A stretch of DNA of 64,000 nt from an uncultured Acidimicrobiaceae bacterium (GTDB lineage Bacteria > Actinomycetota > Acidimicrobiia > Acidimicrobiales > Bog-793), in the NCBI GenBank assembly GCA_963725355.1, contig CAVRYE010000002.1:50898-114897 (forward strand), given 5' to 3'. Below the pieces are notes generated by a model that did no database searches, had not been told where the DNA came from, and saw nothing but the letters and a program-made list of their open reading frames with translations. Shown piece by piece: positions 57,364 to 64,000 of the stretch. How positions within the stretch are numbered: the first letter of the stretch is position 1; every line of letters begins with the position of its first letter. The translations under genes and the position numbers were made by a program.

Positions 57364-58980
57364 TCAAAGGGTCGGACCGAGGCTTTGACGCCTGGCCTCG
57401 GAGCGCTGCTCGGCCTCGAGGCGACCGAGATCAGTCTCGGAATGGTCCACAAAACTCATTGAATTGGCTATCGCCCGGTGCCCCGCTTGCTCACTGATAA
57501 GCCGGTGCATTTCCTGGGCGATCCGGCGGTAGGCGGGGTGGCCTTGGGGTCCCGAGCGCAGCTCGAGCACGTGCATGGCTTCGCGGGCGTTCAAGTGAAG
57601 GACGAACCTGATGTTGAACGCCAGAGCGACGGCGTAGCCGCTCTGGTCGGGGAAATAGGGCGCCAAGGCGTCGTGCAAGCTCTTGGAGCGTTCCAGAGAC
57701 TCGAGATAGCGCTCGGACATACCGGCCTCCTCGACGAGCGCAGGCACCTCGAAACCAAGGTCCGTGCCGAGGCGCTGCCAGTCGACTGTCAGCAGGCGAT
57801 GGCGCTGAAGATCCCTGAATGCCCCATAATCCGCCACGATGTCGAAGCGGTAGGAAGTGGCCTCAAGCGCCCTTCCCGGGCGGTGGCGGCGATTGGAGCG
57901 CTCTCCCACGTAAGCCTCGATGATCGTCCGACGCGCCTCAGGGCTGAGGGCGGCCACTCGGCGGGCAACCTCCTCCTCGGCGATGTTGAGGTACGGGTAG
58001 CACATCGCCACGAGGACCTTGTCCTCCCCGGCGGGGTCGAAGTCGGTTAGGCGCACCGATGTTCCCGGTGCCGGTGCCTCGACGGGCCACAGCTCGTGCA
58101 CGACGCCATCCATGGCCTCGCGGCGCCCCTCGAGGTACTCGACCCAGACGCCTCCCCGATCGGGCTTGTCGACCCTGGAGAGGAAGGACGGGATCACCTT
58201 GCGCAGCTCGACCAAGATGAGCTCCGCGTAGCGGCGCGCCTCGGGCAATGGATTCGCCCTCATCCGCAAGAGGAGCTGCTCGAAACCCTGGCCGGAGCCG
58301 AAGATGCCGACATTGGAGAGCGAGCCGGCCGGAAGTAGCCCGCGGAGGGCGTCGAGGCAGCTTGCCCGCACCGCTTGGCGATGGGCGAGTTCCGACACCC
58401 CACCATGGCGCGGGTTGGCCCGCATCACGAAGGGCTGCAGCGCCGGCAGGAGCTCGGCGTAGGTGTCGAACATCCGGTCCATCTCGCCGACATAGCGGGC
58501 GCCGAGCGGCGATTCCAAAACTGCCTGGTCGCGGTGGTAGCGGTAGTGGCCCGACGGCAACCGGCTGTCGTAGGGGATGTAGCGCGTCGACTGCTCGAGA
58601 TAGGACATGAGCCGTCCCCGCTCGAGGATCTTGGTGAGCAGGTTCGAGGACTGCTCGCAGGCGAGGTGGACCCCTCCGAGCTGGGCAACCGAGTCGTCGC
58701 CGTACTCGCTGAAAACGCGGGCGTAGAGCTGCTCGGCGCGTTTCAGGCCTACAGAGGCGTCGAGGCTCGTGTCGCCGGCGACGTCGAGCTCTTCGAAGAA
58801 CTCGTCCAAGAACAGCCGGCGCAGGCTCTTGGGCGAGCGAGAGTAGCGGGCGAACAGGGCGCCTTTGACCACCTCGGGCAGGTTCACGAGCGCGAAAACC
58901 GGGCCGTCGAGATTGGTGAAGTACCGCCCGAGCACCTCGCGCTCGTCGGCGGTGAACCTCTCAGCGCCTGCGATTGACAT
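57364..58980 (-). CDS. ThyX-like (FAD-dependent thymidylate synthase family) protein, double length
   Basis: 538-aa ORF. The N-half has RGRLMSYLEQSTRY, resembling the ThyX RHRxxSxxxxSxRY motif. The C-half has FRDLQRHRLLT. Confidence 0.65.
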   Translation of the reverse strand: MSIAGAERFTADEREVLGRYFTNLDGPVFALVNLPEVVKGALFARYSRSPKSLRRLFLDEFFEELDVAGDTSLDASVGLKRAEQLYARVFSEYGDDSVAQLGGVHLACEQSSNLLTKILERGRLMSYLEQSTRYIPYDSRLPSGHYRYHRDQAVLESPLGARYVGEMDRMFDTYAELLPALQPFVMRANPRHGGVSELAHRQAVRASCLDALRGLLPAGSLSNVGIFGSGQGFEQLLLRMRANPLPEARRYAELILVELRKVIPSFLSRVDKPDRGGVWVEYLEGRREAMDGVVHELWPVEAPAPGTSVRLTDFDPAGEDKVLVAMCYPYLNIAEEEVARRVAALSPEARRTIIEAYVGERSNRRHRPGRALEATSYRFDIVADYGAFRDLQRHRLLTVDWQRLGTDLGFEVPALVEEAGMSERYLESLERSKSLHDALAPYFPDQSGYAVALAFNIRFVLHLNAREAMHVLELRSGPQGHPAYRRIAQEMHRLISEQAGHRAIANSMSFVDHSETDLGRLEAEQRSEARRQSLGPTL

Positions 58981-58992
58981 GCCCAGATGAGA

Positions 58993-61125
58993 TTACGGTG
59001 CGGGTTGCCCACCGGCGCGGATGGTGCCGCGCTCGACCGGGATCGTGACGACCGAGGAGGCGGCGACGACGTCGCGGAACAGGCGCTCGGCAGCCGTACG
59101 CGCCGCGTGGGAGGTCTCCTCCTTCTCGGCCACCATGGCCACCTGACGGAGCAGGTCGATGACCTGTTTCACGTTGCGCACGAAGTCGCCGCCCGACATC
59201 ACTGGTGCCGCCCTGCGGCCCCGCCTGCCCTCGCCCGTGCCTGGCTGGAGAACTTGGCGCAGCTCCCGGCCTCTAGCCCAGTCGTATATGAGGGAGGCAA
59301 AGCCAGAGTCGACGCCCCTCGTGACGGGCAGGCGAGCCGATCTTTCCTCGGCAGATAAAGCCTCTGATAGGGCCTCGATCTCCTCGAGGCGCCGGGCGAT
59401 CTTGGCGCTCGGGGAGGGCAACGGTGCTTCGCGCTCGCGGCGCGCCTCGTAACAAAAGCCCGAGGCGACCGCCGCCAGGCTGGCGGGGTCAAGGCCGTCG
59501 AGCTCACCTGACTCGAGCGACTCGGCGATGAGAAGGTCGGCCTCGTGGTACAGGCCCGCCAGCCTGGCACCGGCCTCGGTGACGGTCCAGCCGTGCAGGT
59601 AGCCCCGCCGCTCGAGGACACCGAGGACAGAGTCCAGCTCACCGACGAGGTCGTCGTCACTTAGGAACTGGGCGAACGAGGAACTGACCAGGGTGTAGGC
59701 CGCCTCGCGGTTGTGGCGTTTTACCAGGTTGACGGCCAGGTTGTAAGTGGGCCGGAACGAGGAGGACAAGGCCCGGGGGCGGCCACCGGCAATGCGGGCG
59801 ACGTCGGTGAAGCTGTGGAAGGGCGAGCAGAGCACGGCCGCGTAGCCGACCTCGTCGATGCCGCGGCGTCCCGCCCGGCCTGTCAACTGGGTGTACTCAC
59901 CGGGGGTGAGCTCTTGATGTCCCCTCCCGCCGAATTTGGTCACCTCCTCGATGACGACCGAGCGGGCAGGCATGTTTATGCCGAGGGCGAGGGTCTCTGT
60001 GGCAAAGACGACCTTGACGAGTGCCTCGGCGAAGCAGGCCTCGACGGCTTCGCGAAAAGGCGGCACCATGCCGGCGTGGTGGGCGGCGACGCCGGCCTCG
60101 AGCCCGGCTGAGTAGGTCCGATATCCGAGCACGGACAAGTCCTCGTCACTTAGCGGGTCGACATAGGACTCGACGATGGCCCGGATGCGCTGACGCTCCT
60201 CGGGCGTGGTCAGGCGAAGACCGTCGTCTAGGCAGTGCCTGACCGACTCGTCACAACCAGCCCTGGAGAAGACGAAGTAGATGGCCGGCAGGAGTTTCTC
60301 GCCGGCGAGGCGCTCGACCACCTCGACTCTTCTCGGCCGGTAGAGCTGGGGCCGGCGCGAGAGCGATCTAGCCTCGGGCGCCGCCGACCGGGACCCTCTC
60401 CGTGTTGACCCGGGCCGGGCTAAGAGGTCGTCGAGCCGGATGGCCTCGGCGTTGGGGCGCCCGTCGACGAAGGTCGGAAGCAGGTGAAGGCGCTCAGCAG
60501 AACGGTCCCCCACCACGAACAGGTTCTTGAGCTCAACGGGCCGGTGCTCTTCTATGACGACGCCGGTGGCGCCCCTCACCTCGGAGATCCAGTCGGCCAG
60601 CTGGTCGGCGTTGGCTACCGTCGCCGACAAACAGACGAGGGTCACGGCGGCTGGTGCACCCAGAATGACCTCTTCCCAGACGCCTCCCCTGTAGGGGTCC
60701 TGCAGGAAGTGGACCTCGTCCAGGATCACATAACGCAAGTCGGCGAGGCGCCCAGGTTCGGCATGGATCATGTTGCGCAGGACCTCTGTGGTCATGACGA
60801 CGATCGGTGCCTGGCCGTTGATGGAGTTGTCCCCTGTCAAGAGCCCGACCTGGTCGGCCCCGTACTTGCGCCGCAGGTCCCCGTACTTCTGATTCGAGAG
60901 CGCCTTTATGGGCGTGGTGTAGAACACCTTTGCCCCCTCGCCGAGAGCGAGGTGGACGGCGTACTCGGCGACGACTGTCTTGCCCGAGCCGGTAGGGGCG
61001 CTGACGAGGACCGAGTAACCGTCATCTAACAGGTCCAAGGCGTCGAGCTGGAACCTGTCTAAGGGATAGGGGTGTTCCGCGACGAACTGCTCGCGGCTGG
61101 CGACGCCGGCGCCAGGGCCCTTCAT
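58993..61125 (-). CDS. helY: Ski2-like DEAD/DEAH-box helicase (HelY-like)
   Basis: ORF 58993-61329; the likely start is the ATG at 61125 (MKGPGAG...), 23 nt downstream of the tatC stop. Motifs [25 protein letters not shown] and TGRAGRRG. Confidence 0.85.
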   Translation of the reverse strand: MKGPGAGVASREQFVAEHPYPLDRFQLDALDLLDDGYSVLVSAPTGSGKTVVAEYAVHLALGEGAKVFYTTPIKALSNQKYGDLRRKYGADQVGLLTGDNSINGQAPIVVMTTEVLRNMIHAEPGRLADLRYVILDEVHFLQDPYRGGVWEEVILGAPAAVTLVCLSATVANADQLADWISEVRGATGVVIEEHRPVELKNLFVVGDRSAERLHLLPTFVDGRPNAEAIRLDDLLARPGSTRRGSRSAAPEARSLSRRPQLYRPRRVEVVERLAGEKLLPAIYFVFSRAGCDESVRHCLDDGLRLTTPEERQRIRAIVESYVDPLSDEDLSVLGYRTYSAGLEAGVAAHHAGMVPPFREAVEACFAEALVKVVFATETLALGINMPARSVVIEEVTKFGGRGHQELTPGEYTQLTGRAGRRGIDEVGYAAVLCSPFHSFTDVARIAGGRPRALSSSFRPTYNLAVNLVKRHNREAAYTLVSSSFAQFLSDDDLVGELDSVLGVLERRGYLHGWTVTEAGARLAGLYHEADLLIAESLESGELDGLDPASLAAVASGFCYEARREREAPLPSPSAKIARRLEEIEALSEALSAEERSARLPVTRGVDSGFASLIYDWARGRELRQVLQPGTGEGRRGRRAAPVMSGGDFVRNVKQVIDLLRQVAMVAEKEETSHAARTAAERLFRDVVAASSVVTIPVERGTIRAGGQPAP

Positions 61126-61147
61126 GGCCTCTTTCTGGCCGGACGGG

Positions 61148-61930
61148 TCACTTGCCGAGGAGCCTGCCGATGATGATGGACGCCTCGTAGAACAAAAGGA
61201 GCGGGATGGCGAGGGCCAGCATCGAGAACGGGTCCGAGCTCGGCGTGACAATGGCGGCGAAGGCGACCATCCCGATGATCGCCCAGCGGCGGACCTTGGA
61301 GAGCTTCGCCGGGGTGAGGACCCCAGCAAGCTCTAGAGCGACGAGCAGGACGGGGAACTCAAAGGTGGCCCCGAAGGCCACCATCAAGAGCAGGATCAGC
61401 TGCACATAGGCGTTCGGCGAGAGGATGTAGCTCATATGTGGCCCGCTCACGCTGATGAGAAAGCGCATGGCGTGCGGGAAGGTCAAATAGGCGACGAAGG
61501 CGCCAAGGCCGAACAGTCCGGCCGTGGCAAAGGTGAAGGGAAGCGCGTAGCGCTTCTCGTTCGCCTTGAGCCCGGGGGTGACGAACCTCCAGAGCTGGAA
61601 GAACAGCACCGGAAGGGCGATCAGGATCCCTCCGTAGGCAGACACGTCCAAACGCAGGGCGAAGCCCTGCAGGGGCTGGGTCAGGTAGAAGTTGCAGCTG
61701 CCGGCCTGGGGGGTGTGGATCCTGGCCTGGCAGTAGGGGTGTTGCAAGACATCCAGGATGTTGCCGTAGAACACGTAGGTCACCACGGCCCCGACTGCGA
61801 TCGAGCAGATGGCGATGATGAGGCGCCGGCGCAGCTCGCCTAGGTGCTCGCCGAGCGTCATCGCGTCCGGGTTAGGCCTGGGATTCTCTTTCCTGGCGCG
61901 AAGCCTTGCCAGGCGGGCTGGTGCCGCCAT
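61148..61930 (-). CDS. tatC: twin-arginine translocase subunit TatC
   Basis: 260-aa, 6-TM ORF: MTLGEHLGELRRRLI...FQLWRFVTPGL.... Confidence 0.9.
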   Translation of the reverse strand: MAAPARLARLRARKENPRPNPDAMTLGEHLGELRRRLIIAICSIAVGAVVTYVFYGNILDVLQHPYCQARIHTPQAGSCNFYLTQPLQGFALRLDVSAYGGILIALPVLFFQLWRFVTPGLKANEKRYALPFTFATAGLFGLGAFVAYLTFPHAMRFLISVSGPHMSYILSPNAYVQLILLLMVAFGATFEFPVLLVALELAGVLTPAKLSKVRRWAIIGMVAFAAIVTPSSDPFSMLALAIPLLLFYEASIIIGRLLGK

Positions 61931-61933
61931 TGA

Positions 61934-62452
61934 TCAGTTCATGCTCGGGTCGTCGAACACGAAGACCGTGTCGGCGGACCGAGAGTCAATCGACAGGCCG
62001 CTCGTAGATGACCAGGAAGGCACCGAGACGGGCTTACGGGCCAGTGTCGGGTCGGCGCTGCCGAGCAAGGGCCTGAAGGTGGACTCGACCTGCTCGGTCC
62101 CACCTCGAGACCAGGTGCGCCCTGTCGGAGTGAACGGCTCGGGTGTGAAGGAGTCGCTTATCTGGGTGGCTGCGCTGGCGGCGCTCGCGGCCGTCGTCGT
62201 GGACTCCCCTGTGCCGGTGACGAGGCCAGTGATGTAGCTGCTCACCATTTTGGTCGGGTTGGTGGGGATGTTCGGCAGGTCTAGGTCCGGGACGAGTGCC
62301 CGCACCTCCTCGTCGAACTTGGCCCGTAGACGGTTCAGCTCTCGCCATGCTCCGCCTAGCTGACGCGCCGCTCCTGGGAGCCTTTCGGGGCCCACCACGA
62401 TGAGCGCTATGACCAAGAGCAGGAAGATCTTGGCCGGATCGAGACCGCCCAC
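61934..62452 (-). CDS. twin-arginine translocase TatA/TatB family protein
   Basis: The N-terminus AKIFLLLVIALIVVGPERLPGAARQLG is the TatA/B TM plus amphipathic helix signature. A long C-terminal tail suggests TatB-like. Confidence 0.8.
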   Translation of the reverse strand: MGGLDPAKIFLLLVIALIVVGPERLPGAARQLGGAWRELNRLRAKFDEEVRALVPDLDLPNIPTNPTKMVSSYITGLVTGTGESTTTAASAASAATQISDSFTPEPFTPTGRTWSRGGTEQVESTFRPLLGSADPTLARKPVSVPSWSSTSGLSIDSRSADTVFVFDDPSMN

Positions 62453-62521
62453 GGCCAGATCCTACCGTGCCGCCGGAGGGTGGACCGGCCGGGTCCTACT
62501 TGGGGTCATTTCAGTGCCTTT

Positions 62522-63226
62522 CTAAAAGAAGTGGAGATAGGGGTGGCCGAAACGCCAGACGATCACGAAGACCTTGCCCACGATGAGCGAGCCGCTCAGT
62601 GTCCCCCAGCTGCGACTGTCGGCCGAGTCGCCCCGGCAGTCGCCCATCACGAAATAGTGCCCGGGAGGGATCACGGTGGTCCTTATGTCCTCGGCACTCT
62701 CGGTGCAGATCCCCTCAAGAGGAGGCAGCCACGGTTCGGCGAGGGGCTTGCCGTTTATGAGGACGGTGTTGCCGCGAGACGAGATTGTCTCGCCCGGCAG
62801 GCCGATGACGCGTTTGACGAGGTCGGCGTCGGTCGTGCCAAGGTCTGCCGGGGGCCGCTTGAACACGACTATGTCCCCGCGGTGAATCGTGTAGCCGAAC
62901 TTGACCACCACGATCCGGTCGCCAATCTGCAGCGTCGGCAGCATCGAGCCGGAGGGGACGAAAAAGGCCTGCACGGCAAAGGTGCGCAGTCCTGCCGCGG
63001 CCAGCACCGCCAAGAGAACGACGGCGACCCACTCCAAGAGGCGGCGCGACCAACCGCGAGCCGCCGGTCGCCGATTTGTGGTCGCCTCCGCCGCAGGAAC
63101 GTCCTTGTCACTATCAGACTCCGGTGCCGGGTGGCTTGGCGGATGCGACCCAGCGTCGTCGAGGGTCCCCCAGGTCACTAAGTCGTCGTCGCTGGGTCCT
63201 GTCGAGGTGTCGCTAGGGTCCCTCAT
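62522..63226 (-). CDS. lepB: signal peptidase I
   Basis: 234-aa ORF: VPSGSMLPTLQIGDRI (catalytic Ser), VKRVIGLPGE (Lys box) and GDCRGDSADSRSWG. Confidence 0.9.
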   Translation of the reverse strand: MRDPSDTSTGPSDDDLVTWGTLDDAGSHPPSHPAPESDSDKDVPAAEATTNRRPAARGWSRRLLEWVAVVLLAVLAAAGLRTFAVQAFFVPSGSMLPTLQIGDRIVVVKFGYTIHRGDIVVFKRPPADLGTTDADLVKRVIGLPGETISSRGNTVLINGKPLAEPWLPPLEGICTESAEDIRTTVIPPGHYFVMGDCRGDSADSRSWGTLSGSLIVGKVFVIVWRFGHPYLHFF

Positions 63227-63236
63227 CCCCAGCAGC

Positions 63237-64000
63237 CTAAATCGACTCGATGAGCCGCTCGACGCGCTCGTCGTGGGAGCGGAACGGGTCTTTCAAAAGG
63301 ACAGTGCGCTGCGTCTGGTCGTTCAGCTTGAGATGCACCCAGTCAACGGTGAAATCGCGGCGCTTCTCCTTGGCCTTTCTTATGAACTCGCCCCTCAGGC
63401 GGGCCCGCGTCGTCTCCGGGGGCGCGTCCATGGCGGCTGTTATCGCCTCATCGGTCGTGACGCGCTCGACCCGGCCTTTGGCCTGGAGGAGGTAGAAGAT
63501 CCCCCGGTTGCGGTCGACGTCGTGGTACTGGAGATCGAGCAGGGCCACCTTCGGGTGTCCCAAAGGCAGCTGGTGGCGTTCGCGGTAGGACTCCACCAGG
63601 CGGTACTTGATGACCCAGTCACACTCGCGATCGAGGCCGAGTGGATCCTTCTCGAGCTGTTCCATGCAGTGCTTCCACATCGACAGGGCCTGCTCCTCAA
63701 GGGGGGGAAGGCCGCGGCGCTCGTGGTAGCGCATGGCGCGTTCGAGGTACTCGCGCTGGATGTCGAGGGCGCTCAGCTCTCGCCCGTTGGCGAGGCGCAC
63801 CTCGCGCCGGCAGGTGATGTCGTGGCTGATCTCGCGGATCGCCCGGATCGGGTCCTCCAAGGTGAGGTCGCGGATGACCACGCTCGGATCCTCCAACATC
63901 CTGAGCAGGATGCTCGTGGCGCCCACTTTCAAGAACGTGGCGTACTCGCTCATGTTCGAGTCCCCGACGATGACGTGCAGGCGCCGGAAGCGCTCGGCGT
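63237..64000 (-). CDS. pafA: Pup--protein ligase PafA (C-terminal part; 5' end runs off the window)
   Basis: The minus-strand translation continues upstream of the listed Met: ...[37 protein letters not shown].... This is the characteristic PafA/Dop segment, and it sits in the tat/helY neighbourhood. Confidence 0.8.
   Translation of the reverse strand, partial: AERFRRLHVIVGDSNMSEYATFLKVGATSILLRMLEDPSVVIRDLTLEDPIRAIREISHDITCRREVRLANGRELSALDIQREYLERAMRYHERRGLPPLEEQALSMWKHCMEQLEKDPLGLDRECDWVIKYRLVESYRERHQLPLGHPKVALLDLQYHDVDRNRGIFYLLQAKGRVERVTTDEAITAAMDAPPETTRARLRGEFIRKAKEKRRDFTVDWVHLKLNDQTQRTVLLKDPFRSHDERVERLIESI

Noticed and set aside
1-64000. Mobile elements, prophage, CRISPR arrays, toxin-antitoxin pairs or known defence systems.
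   Set aside because: I recognised no transposase, integrase, recombinase, Cas, restriction/modification or toxin motifs in any ORF. I saw no regularly spaced direct repeats.

Overview
High-GC chromosomal segment that reads as a core region of an actinobacterium. The lineage markers are WhiB, the Pup ligase PafA, DUF4193, a GarA-type FHA protein, an F420/deazaflavin-type oxidoreductase and an MMPL transporter. The split gcvPA/gcvPB and a double-length ThyX-like gene hint at a deep-branching lineage (Acidimicrobiia/Thermoleophilia-like); that is inference only.

I support about 55 protein-coding genes. I found no rRNA, tRNA, CRISPR array, transposase, integrase or recognisable defence system.

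Main blocks:
- phoU divergent from an MFS phosphate transporter, with PHO-box-like 11-nt direct repeats between them.
- An operon of three secreted proteins of unknown function, convergent with an MMPL transporter.
- The conserved actinobacterial block pgsA-like / gcvH / garA-like FHA / MerR / (hpt) / DUF151 nuclease / MerR / gcvT-gcvPA-gcvPB.
- Two c-di-GMP turnover proteins.
- A 683-aa secreted protein with three tandem Ig-like repeats.
- A block of uncharacterised membrane proteins next to a WhiB-like gene.
- A DEAD-box helicase followed by a cold-shock domain.
- The helY-tatC-tatA/B-lepB-pafA block.

The most pervasive unusual signal is technical or evolutionary. At least six otherwise intact, conserved genes are broken by single-nucleotide frame changes, and most breaks sit in short G/C runs. 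Pseudogene calls here should be treated as possible assembly errors.

I did not find a convincing new multi-gene system. The best candidates for follow-up are listed in the findings with modest interest scores.
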